NCBI GenBank assembly: GCA_052327205.1 | Contig: CM126226.1 | Span: forward strand, 24,428,001 to 24,492,000 | Length of the DNA: 64,000 bases | Reading direction: 5' to 3' | Source: Somniosus microcephalus | Taxonomy: Eukaryota | Part shown: one piece after another, positions 24,501 through 36,500 of the stretch | Layout: each line of letters starts with the position of its first letter | How positions within the stretch are numbered: position 1 is the first letter of the stretch | The notes under the pieces: generated by a model | The model's input: only the letters and a program-made list of their open reading frames with translations | The model's database searches: none | Told to the model about the DNA's origin: nothing | Translations under genes and position numbers: made by a program

Positions 24501-27500
24501 TGGCATTGACTGAAACTTGGCTCATGGATAGCAACACCTGAGCCCTTATTGAAGCTTCCCTGCCTGCCTATACTTTCCACCACCTGCGCCTCCCCAGAAG
24601 CTGCTTTCCCACTGCTTCATGTTACTGTAGGAAAACTTACAGATTGATAGAGATAATGACTGTCCATATACTTGGCGTGAAGTGACATAATTATCATTTT
24701 TTTTAAAAAGGCAAAAATCCTATCTCCTGAACTCAGGAAACAAATTGAAGTGGCTGAATTCCAGCCACTCCTGGTTTCCAGTTAAGATTGATGCCGAATC
24801 ATGCTCCTCAGCTGGGATTTATTTTGCTCAATCTGCTCATTGTCTCATTATTAATTGCAGCTGAGTTCCTTTCCCCATTTACTCCCTTTTCACCCCTGCT
24901 TGCAATGGGTGTTGTAAAAAAAACTTCTTTTCTGTTTGTTAGCATGAGGTGCTTGTGTTGTATCTTCCCTGGTAATTCCCTCTTTCGCGCTTTTTTTTGG
25001 GGGGGGGTGCAACTGGTACTTGTATCCTTTTTAATTACTTTAGTTTTATACATCTGGCTGCATTCCCTGTAAGGCTGATTGGGTGCTACCATCAGGTTCC
25101 TCGCAAGCCTGCCTTTTGCTCAGATAAATGAGTTTCTTCTCTTCCCTTTCCCATACAAATCCTAATTTAAATCTTATTTTCTTCTTTGGTATTCATTTTT
25201 TATTTATTGCTTCTAGTTGATGGTTGAAATGTTGGGAGTTTATTTTTCCTCAGTGACTTTTTAATCTTCTATTTTATTTAATGGCCTAATTGAGCAACTA
25301 CCTGTCTCTTCATGTGGCCCAAATAAAAAGTGGCTTTAAAAAAAACAAAACTATTTATTTGTGTTTGTTACAGTGCAAACTTTTCCATTTGTGATTTTGG
25401 TATCTTTTGATCTTTAAAAGGATTTTTAGTTGAAGGATATGCTTCCCTCTTTGTGGGCCATGTAGCGACTGCAAGTGACCTGTTCCCAGGCCTCTGCCAA
25501 TGCAGCCTGATGAAAGAGGCACTTCACTTTCAGAGAAATGTCTTGAGATTGGTAGCTCATCTGTTAAACTCTGTACTGCCTTGCCAATTCTCTTTATTTG
25601 ACTTTACCTTGGAATGATTTGATGTGGGCAGGTTTCCTAACAATGGATTAGTAATGCGTTTACTCTCCAAGAAAGTTTGTGATCTACTTGAGCAGATTTT
25701 GTACTGAAGTACAGGCCAACCCTTTGCGCTATTTGTATTAAGTAAAACTTCCTTGTATCACTGCAAAAACTAGAGGGGTACCATCTTCATGAAAAAGTGC
25801 CCAGTCAACCATTTCCACTTGATATTCCCCCATATTGCTTCATCCAAGTGTAGATTACCAGGAAGCTAGATAAACACACGAGGGAGAAAAGAATATGCTG
25901 GCGGGGTTAGTTGAAGAGGGATGGACGGAGTCTTGTGCGGCGCATAGGCCTATTGGACTGAATTGCCTGTTTCTGTGCTGTACATTCTATGTAATGATCA
26001 CAAACGCAAATCCTGTCGAATTACATGATTAGATCATGTGATGCCAAAATACATCTCTTTCCCCCAACCAGAACAATAGTTGTAGAAAGACTGTGATCCT
26101 GCAACCAACTGATGCCATTGTGCCAATCTGATCCTTTTGATTGGATCCCTAATAACTAGCTGAAGATGGTACCCCTCTAGTTTTTGCAGTGATACAAGGA
26201 ACCAGAATTTCAGTTAGGTGATTGATTACTTTGAATCTGAAGGTTAAGATTGTCTAGTGTCTGGTGAAGGTGTGTCAGGGTATAGCTACTATCTCACATG
26301 CCCTGATTCCTTTGATTATATAAAAAGCATGTTCCACCTACCCCAAATCAGTTACAGTTAAGTAGGAATTCACAAAACGTTTGATTGGACACTCTAGCTG
26401 CTAAATTTATCACAACAATGCCATTCTCTAATTTTAATTAAAAATAATTATTCCCCATATTGTTTCAGCCCAGTGTACATCACCAGTGGTGGATGATGTG
26501 ATCTATGATGATGTTACACAAGAAGATCGATCGCTCCAGGAGCAGGGTAAGAACTTTCTTTATAATTTATACACGAGTTAATGGATGTCATGCTTTTCCA
26601 GCCTGTCCCCTGCCAATTTTTTACCCTCCAATTTATTTCCTTCATCTCCTAAAGCTCCAGATTCATACTGGGGTAGGATTCCATGGGCACCTTTGCTACT
26701 TAACTGGCCATTTCCATGTGCCAGCCAAGACGGTGAGTGTTGGCAGGCTATTGTTCAGGGCATTACAGTTGAGCCTGATTCTTTCTTCACTGGACATCTC
26801 CATACATGCGCTCTCGAACAGGGTTGGAATGCAATCAGGAGTGAGCATCCTGGCTGATTTCCTTTTCTCTTTCCCCCTCCACACTTCTTGTCTCCCCGGG
26901 CCCTGTGCTACCAATAGGCAAGAGGCAGGACAGTGCAATACCATGTGTCTATATGCTTTCAGTGGCTTTGCACACTGAAGATCTTGAAGTCTTTGATTGA
27001 AGATGTCTGTAATCTAAGCAGATTTGGGTACTTGTATCTACTCTCAACAGACATCCTAAATGCATATTAATACCTGCCTCTCAACATGGAGCAAATGAAG
27101 CCTGTAAGCCTGTTTTTGTACTTCACTCCCTTTATCTTGAATTTTTCAATTGTTCATAGAATTATTCTCACGATGCCCAATCAATAGTAGGTGTTTGATA
27201 ATTGTATCAAATCTGCATTCTTACCATGCCACTTGGTGTATAGAATTAATTACTGTAGTATAACTGATTGAAATCCCCTAATGTCCCTGATAAGCTCTTG
27301 GTATTTAATTATTTTCATTTGAATCCCCATAAGAGCTCATTGATATTGTCAAAGCTTCCCTTTACCAATCATTGGCGTTTAAAAACTTGTTTGTAATTTC
27401 ACCTCACACAGTGCCCATGGATGAATTGATCTATGATGATGTGCATCGAGAGGCTGGTTGCACCAATCCAGCACAGCTTGAAGAGGGTTGGAGTTCCAGT

Positions 27501-30500
27501 GAATTCGAGAGCTACGACGAACACTCGGATGAAGAAAATAAACCTGGAGGAGAGCAGCAAAAATCCAAAGCTGTCCTTCAGCCAAAGGTGAAAGTCATGG
27601 TGATCAATAATGCCACCAAAACAATTAACCATATTGGGACAGTTAGCCAAATGATTTGTGAAGTAAAACTTTAAAAGTTGGTTATATTTTGGTAGACCAG
27701 GGAGACGATACTGGTCTCCGGATTGTTCCACTTATGGTGGTTTAGATGTTTGTTGTTTAACAAAGTATAACACAGGAAGTGATGTGGTGGCACGTGGAGA
27801 ACTTGAAGAATAGCATTTATGAAATGGATGTGCATTTGTCCAAATTTGGATTGAATTAAAATACATTGTCACTGGAAGTGAAGGTAGCTCAGCTGGTTGA
27901 CTTGGTGGTTTGTAGTTAAGTGCAAGTTACTCCCAGTATGGCAGATGTGATTCTAGGAAATGCATTGGTGAGTAACTTAACCTAAAGCTTAGGGGAGAAG
28001 TTAAGTATCCAAAGTCTATTTGAGTTGGGGAAACTGAGGCAAACAAAGCTCTGGTTTGAGTTGAAAGGCCAGAATGAGGAACGATTGGGTTGAGGAAATG
28101 GCGGTGTGAGCACAAAGTGACATGGGGAATCATTGATAATTACTGGTAGGTCAGAATAAGATCCATTGTCCCCAGGGGCCAAAGGACTCAGTGAGTTGTG
28201 ATATGCAGGATTTGGCTGGGGAAAGTTTGGACTGGCTTCAGTAGCCAAAGAGAGTATTGGCTGGATACAGACACTCGAGGGTGTGAAGCATGGATGAGGG
28301 CAAGCAAAGCTTCAGCTAAGCTAAAGCTAAAAGCTTTTGACTAGAAGGTTTGAGAGGAAGCGGCAGAGTGCAAAGTTGGATCCTGAGCTGAGTGGGGAAG
28401 CAGAGTTTATGGATCAGTTTTGTCCAGCTATCCAGACTGGTTAAGAAATAAGACTAGCTGGATTTGTGTATGAGTTGTTAGGAAATACTTTTTTTGCTTT
28501 TGTCAGTGCAGTCTTTAAAATTATTTGGATTCAACGGTTGGAGCTTCTGATCTTGTCAACCCAAATCTAATGTCCTAATTTACTCAAATTCTTTGTTATG
28601 CTTCACGGGGAATAAAATGACAGTGTAGGAGATTCTGATGAGCTTTTGAACCTTTGAAACATTAGACCGTCATTAACCCAATGTGGTCTTATTTCCTGTT
28701 TATATAACTCTGTTTTGGATCTCGTGAAAGTTGAGGACCACTTAAATGAACGTGTGGCTAGATGAGACACCTACTTGTTTCTGGAGAAATCCTGACTTAC
28801 TGTTACAGGGGTTTCAAGTTAAAGGCCCTAAATTATCTGATGTTACTCCTGTAAGTAAGTAATGTGCCAATTAGATTCTGGACACCCAGATGATGGGATA
28901 GGTGCAAATGAATCATGCTCTTCGTAGTAATGCATGCAGCTTTGGATGGGATGGGAGGGGAAGGGTAACGGAAAGGAATAAGATCGAGAGAAAAGGATAA
29001 AGGCTAAACCTGCTCTGTGAAGCGCCTGGGGATGTTTTCACGATATTGAAGGTGCTATATAAATGCAGGTGGTTGTTGAAAAATAGCAATAAATGGAAAG
29101 CAAGAAGGTAATGGAGATGGAGGAAGGAAGCAACTTGTGAAAACTAAATACAGGACTGGTTATTTTTAAATAACATTTATGTATTTATAAAATATTTGTA
29201 TATGGATACAAAAGGATAACACTAATTGTTGCACAAGTGAGAAAAAGCAACCCTTGGACCAGGGCACGTTGTTTTCCAGCACAGACTGCTATCGATAGGA
29301 AACCTCATTTTCTTTCTATTTTTTTTTAGTGTTATGTACAAAAATGTAACATTTTTTCAGGTCATGTTTTGCAAATTTCTGGTATATTACAGAAGGCACA
29401 TTATTTGCAGATACTTTGAGTGTCATGTATATGTTTGGGAATACTTGGTAACAGGGGTTGTTTATTCCCTGAGGGCTGTGACCACATTTTATGTTGAGTC
29501 TTTATGCCAGCACTGTTCTAGGCCTGGGTAATTCAAACATTTTTAACTAATAATCCTCTATCAGCATGTTTTCATCAGTTTCTGATAAGCTTGCACGAAA
29601 ACTAATGTCATGTTGGTCTTGTGTTTTTTTTTAATGGAATAGTGTCATTGTACTTTTAGCTGCATTTACTGAAGGTTTCACGGTAATGGTTGTTCAGAAG
29701 TGAATTTGATGTGCGGATAGTCCCAGGTTGCCAGTGCCCAGTGAGTGGTACCTGACTGAAGCTAGAGGGCCAAACTGCTGAAGAATTTTCTTCCATTAAC
29801 TTGTAAATATTTTGATGTACTACTTGCTCTTTCTGTGGGTGAATAAAGGCCAACAATGAGTCTGGGGACAGGACTGCACGAGCGATGTTTTCCATAATAC
29901 AGCGAAATGTGTATGCAATGTCATCGGCACACATTGCAATGGGAGTCCGATGTTAAAGGAGCAGTATTACAGAACAAAATTTGCATGACCCAAATGAACG
30001 AACAGGCTGGTTATTGGGGAGGATGGGTAAGGAGGAAAAATAACATTGTACAACACCGTATTTGAAGTGTATCTTGTTTTAATGTCTGTAACTCATCGAG
30101 GATTGAGATGGAACTGCTCCTGATGGCTCGTGTAAGTGCAGTGCTCAGTGTGGAACTGATCCACGCAGATCAGGCAGGTCCTGGGTTTGATCCTCCTATC
30201 TCTACTGTCAGCTAATCTCCACTGAGACAGCATTGGGGATGGCTACAAATGGGGATCAAACTTGGGAACGTCCTGGCCTATTAGGCTCAGTTAGACATAT
30301 ACTTTTAACAATTGAGCCATTGGTGAGACTGGTATGTATGGGTTTCGACAAACTTCTCAAGTTAGCAGCGTATTTCAGGCTACAGTGCAAACTTGGATCC
30401 AGTATTGTAAATGCTTGAGTTTAGTCGGTAAACGCTCCTACATTTAGTTTCCATTCTGTATATTTCAGTTTTAATTGGGTGGTGTGTTGTATTTTTGAGT

Positions 30501-33500
30501 AGATTGGAACATTTCTGGACCCGTAGCTAGTTCTTTCTGATGCCATTGAGTATTTGACTTTCCTGCATAGGGCCCTCTGCTTGCATTATCTGTGCTTCAA
30601 CTGTGCTTATTCCACTCTTGCACTTAATGCTGCCTATTTTTGAATGATGTCACACCCTAGGTGCAGGTGTCTCTTCCTGGTGCTAGTATGATCAAAGCAG
30701 ACTTTTATTGGCCTTTGTGGAGTTTCAAAGCGAAAAGGATTAGCACCTTGGACCTGACCTCCAACATTAACTTCATTTCTGTCTGCAGTGCTTGTATTTC
30801 TACAGTATCAATGCTGGACTTTCATTGATTGTTTAAGCGCACAGTGTCTTTTCATACTACGTCACTAACTTTCATGCACTTCTATTCCTCTGCCACCCAT
30901 CTTTATTTCTCTTTCCTGTGCTCGTCCTCCTCTTCTGGTTGCTGCTCAGCTTTCCCCGGATCTCAATAGGCTGAAGGAGAAGTACGCCAGGACTAAGAGA
31001 GAATTCCTGGCCATGAAAGTCAGGGGCAGAGACGTACAGGAGCTGAAACAGCGATATGATTGCAAGGTACCTCTCCATCTTTCTACTTCTCTCAGGTTCG
31101 AGAACCCAAGCGACACTAATGGTACTAGAGAGCGAGGCTTCTACGTGACGTTAAAAACAAAATCTGGATTCTGAGAACTTGGGCAGTCTCAACTCAGTTC
31201 CTAATGGGCATGACCCCACAGTATAAAACTGCCTCAATTTCAGAGAGGCCACAGGATGGCTGGATTGGGAAATGAGTTACTGTTGCAATAGTGGTATTTT
31301 CTGGGGTTGGAGTTGAGGTATGTTGTTGGGGTTGAGTACAGAAAGCTTTACTCTGCAACTAAATCTTCAATACTTGACCTGAGTGTGCTTGAACTGTGTA
31401 CTTGAAATAGGCAATTTTCCATTGCTCAACACTGACATTACTGGATTTTTAAAAATCAGCAATGTTACAGGTTCATACAGGCAATAGATTGGAAGAAGGG
31501 GAAGTGCACCAGTTGCTGAAGGTAAGCATGCAGGTGCAGCAGGCGGTTAAGAAGGCAAATGGTATGTTGGCCTTTGTAGCGAGAGGATTCGAGTACAGGA
31601 GCAAGGATGTCTTGCTGCAGTTGTACAGGGCCTTGGTGAGACCACACCTTGAGTATTGTGTGCAGTTTTGGTCGCCTTATCTGAGGAAGGATGTTCTTGC
31701 CATGGAGGGAGTGCAACGAAGATTCACCAGACTAATACCTGGGATGGCAGGAATGACGTATGAAGAGAGATTGGGTCGATTGGGCTCATATTCGCTGGAG
31801 TTTAGAAGAATGAGAGGGGATCTCATTGAAACTTATAAAATTCTAACAGGACTAGACAGACTAGATGCAGGAAGGATGTTCCCGATGGCGGGGGAGTCCA
31901 GAACCAGGGGTCACAGTCTAAGGATAAGGGGTAAGCCATTTAGGACAGAGATGAGGAGGAATTTCTTCACCCAGAGAGTGGTGAACCTGTGGAATTCTCT
32001 ACCACAGAAGGCAGTGGAGGCCAATTCATTAAATATATTCAAGAAGGAGTTAGATATATTTCTTAAGGCTGAAGGGATCAAGGGAAATGGGGAGAAAGCA
32101 GGGACAGGGTACTGAATTTGGATGATCAGCCATGATCTCATTGAATGGCGGAGCAGGCTCGAGGGGCCGAATGGCCTACTCCTGCTCCTATCTTCTATGT
32201 TTCTATTACATAATTCAATATACTTTTGGATCCTGCATTTAAAAGGAGTACTCTTTGCCTGATATCCCATCACAATGCTTTCATCTTCTAAGCTTCCACA
32301 TTGTCATCAAGGTTAAAAAGTGTAGGACAGAAGTGGTTTGATGATGGACGTGGATTTTAATAGGTTGTAAAGTTCGAGCAGACGATGGTACAATGCGTTT
32401 TGATTTCAACACCTGAGGCGCAGGAAGAACATGTAGAGAAGGTGTATGTAGAGCTATGGCGAACCAAGAGAAGAAAGCTCAGAGGAGCAATGACCATAAC
32501 AGCATTAATAAAGTGGAGAAAGATGTGACGGAGAGAGAAATTTGAAGCTAGAAATGATTTGCAGGACTCTGGATCTTTTGTGGGGAAAAAACCTCATTGC
32601 TGGAACAATTCTGTTTGAAGTTTGCTTTATTTTTGTAAGAACTATTACCTGAAGGAGTGACCTCTCCAGATATTGGCAACCTCGATTGTCTTAGTGTCAC
32701 TGGTACAAGGATCCTAGCTCTAATGCAGACATATATTAACTGTCATATTATTCCTCACACCAGATGCAGCAGCTAATGAAGGCGGCAAGAAATGGGACTA
32801 AGGACGGGCTGGAGAAGACAAAAAACGCAGTGATGCGCAAAGTATCCTTCCTTCAAAAGAGAGAGCCTCAAGGTATTGTTAATGATCAGTTTATATTGCA
32901 TCATTAATACCGTTACTTTCCAGGAACTTGGGGTGAAAATGTAACTTTTCTGTTTTGTGGCTTCTTAGACTTTATCTTGTAATGGAAGATCTATTTTCTG
33001 TGGTGTTTTAGTTGTGTGCAAACTATGGGCCTCCTTGGATCTTGATTACTACATTTGCCAATGAGCCATCACCTGGTCTTTTATTATTGGGATTTCAGTA
33101 CCCTATCAAATAGGAAAGATGGGTTAGGCTTATTGTGATGTTGTAGAAAATGTTAAAAACATGTAAAAACTATTTGATCCAACAAACCCACCCATGTTAG
33201 TTCAATTTAGTCCTATCTTTCAGCCTTCTCACCATATCCCTCAACCTCTTCCTTCTCCAGACATTTGCCTGTTTGCCTCCAAATATGCTGTCATTTGTCT
33301 TTCCTGGCATCTTGTTCCTAAGTCTAATACTCTGTTAACGTGATGTATGGCACTTCTGCGATTCCCTTTTGCCGTCCCCCCAAAATGACCATTTTCCCAT
33401 TTTAAAAGCACCAAAATTAACAGACAGCAAACCCATCACATTAAGAAGGCTGGAGTGCCCCCCCCCCCACCCCCCCAGTGATGCAGTTGAAAAGTGCATT

Positions 33501-36500
33501 GCAAGGGTTGATTCGGGAACTATGCTAATTTAGCTGGTCTCAGCCAGGGTGACGCTACAGACATTACAAATGGTATTGGCACTTCTGGGCTAGAGAAGGG
33601 AAATGTAAACAGGGCTTCTGATTGCAATTCAGAGACTCTTTAGGCAAGGTGCCAGAGAGGGCCAGTGGAGGTAGGCGAGAGCTGACTAACTTCATGTGAT
33701 CACAAGGTGGCTGGGGTAGGCCATTTGGCCCTCCTTTGTCTACTGGAAAGAACCTTTAGTTGCCCGTCGCAGCATTTAACTGTTAAGTGATTCCAGAGTT
33801 TTTCCTCCCCTACCCTACCTGGTAGCTCAATTGAGTATTGAGCCAGTTTGCACTTAAAGTACACTATTTATTCTGGGTACAAACTGTGCTTGGTGAATAT
33901 CCTTCATGAACGAGTAGCCTGCTGACACCTGGGGTGAAACTGGTCCTGGGCAGTAATGTAAAACGAGTGATGGTGAATCAACAGCCTGTTTTACATCACG
34001 CCCAATTTTCCTTTCCATTCACTTCAGCGGAAAAGAAAATTAGGCAGGGTATAAAATGGGCTGTTGGTTCGCTATCTCCTGTCTTGCGCTACTGCGGAAG
34101 ACTAACTTCACCCCCCACACGGTCTAGGATCACACAAGCAGAACGGTCACATGGGTGAGCTACCCAAGGGCAGCTAGTACCAGTGGAACAGTTCACCACA
34201 TTTAGGAGACTGTAGGAGAAAAGTGGATGGATGAATCAAAAACACTGGTTGCAAAGATTTGACCTATCGTGAACATAAGAAATATGAGCAGGAGTAGGCC
34301 ATACGGCCCCTCGAGCCTGCTCCGCCATTCAATAAGATCATGGCTGATGAGAAAGTTACATGTATTTTTTCACATGGCTATTATCTTTCACTCTCTTGTA
34401 TCGTCTACTTATGAATCTGTGGCTGCACCCTTCAATGCACAAATATCTCCTTGAGTGATCTAATCTGTAGTGTGTGGGTTTCCTGCTCGGCTAAAATGGA
34501 TGGCTTCCTTGTGCAATCTTAATCGTCCTGTTCCAAAAATAGAGGTTCAAGTTTTCGGGAAACTTTGGCAATAGTATTGCATCCAGTAGTTGCGTTTTGA
34601 ATTGTGCAAACTACATAGGAGACAGCAGAAGCTGCCATTTTAAAATGTTAATTTTATTGTCGACTTCAGGTTTGTACTGAAACTATCTGTTTACATGAAT
34701 GAAACACAGCCACAGTTTCCAATATATGTAGTAAGGATTTTTTCTTGCCCTTCTCTTTAATTGCTGAATCAGGCTGGCCAATTCCAGGAGTACGAGCTGT
34801 TCTCCTCACCCAAGTGGTCATTCTTCATGTGTAAGGCTAGACGGTGAGCATCAGCAGCCTACTTGTCCACACCAGGGCCATTGCAATTGGTCAGCTACTG
34901 TCCTTGCCCACCCTGAATCTGAATAACACAGGAGTCGATGACTAACAGTCAGCAACAGGAAGCTTGGCTGATTTTATTTTTAAAACCCAAAATTCCGCCT
35001 CCCTTGCCCAGAGGTAATGAGGCTTGCTGTCGCACCACTAACATTGCTCCAGTTGACATCAGTTAACTGAGAACAGGCTGGGGATGCAATCAGAAAATCA
35101 TCTTATAAACACACAGCCAAGAAACTACAGCGACTGGAAATCTGAACGCACCAGAAAAGGCTGGAAACACTCAGCAGGCCAGTTAGCCCCTGTGGACAAA
35201 ACAGATGAGTTCATGTTTGAGGTGTAGACTCTTCGGTAGAACTGGAATATATTGGAGATGAATGGCATGTGAAAGGGATTACGTCCGTGAATGATTGAGA
35301 CATGGACAGCAGGAGTTGAACAAAACAAGTCTTTACTGATGGAAGTCTATAGTGAAACTGAAAACAACCGAGGCTCACTAGCGCCTTTTATACAGGGGTG
35401 GTCACTGCCGGTACTGCAGTCTGAGACCAGTTATTCTCTTAAAGGTACATACACAACAAAAGGGAACTGAACAAGGGGTGAGGGAAAAGATACTGTTGAT
35501 GACCAGTTTGAAATGTGCAGTGTGTTCTCTTCCCACCTTTCCTCTTGTTCCATTCCTTTTTTAAATGCTGTTTATCTCTTAATATCTTCCATCATTTAAT
35601 ACTTTTATTGTATGAAAAATACTGTCTCATTGTCTGCCTTGCTTCCAGTGTTTGACAGATAATTTTGAAGCTTTTGGTTTTTTTCAGATCAGTATGAAGA
35701 GGATGATGCTGGATATCTTGATGTTCAGGTGTCGGACTCCAAACATCCTCCACCAGAGCTCAGCCCCATGCCAGCAGGCCTGACCCCTCAGCAGGTCTGT
35801 CCCTTGTAACGCTTCAACTCTCCAGCGGGATGCCAGGGTTTTTTGTTGTTGTTATCGTGTGTCTTTTTCCGCGCAGCGCACTGAATAGCTGAGCCATACG
35901 GACCAGGAAGGTCCCCAAGTTTGACTTTTAACCGGTGTGAAGTTAGCTGATCTCAACCTGAGCTGTGGCTAGGAAGAATTGCAATTAGCCTCAATTGCAC
36001 CCTGGTTAAGAGGAGGGGAAAAAAATCATCCAAGAGTTCCTGCTGTTGGTTGCTATATAGCGATACCCTACCATCCAGGCTCACACTTGAAGAATGGCCA
36101 CGTGGGCAAGTTCCCAGTGGGCGAACAGTGTCAATCGAGCCGTACTTTGAGTTGGTGCCTCCGAAGAGGATGGGGGGAAAAAATTGGGCAGAGAGCAGGC
36201 AAGTGACTTGCGTCCACAGCTCTACCAGAGGGTAACTCTCACCCTTTATTGATTTGCCCTTTTCTCTTTGTCTCCCCCCCCGCCCCCCCCCCCCCCCACC
36301 CCCCAACAATTCCAGTGACTTTTCTTCCTCTTAGTGACTCATTTAGACGCTTCTGGATGCCCAATTAGGTGGTGTCCCAGCTAGCTGTTGGTCCTTCTGT
36401 TCCCCAACCCAAACGTTCAAAAAGATACAGGATTCTAAACAGTACTCGTTTTCAGAGGGGCAGGGCAGGGCAGGGCAGAGGTGCATTTGAAGATTGCAGT

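Noticed and set aside
31462-32115. Intact 217-aa ORF as a host or domesticated gene
   Set aside because: It is the ORF2 C-terminus of a young 5'-truncated CR1, with a near-identical copy at 57834..58421.
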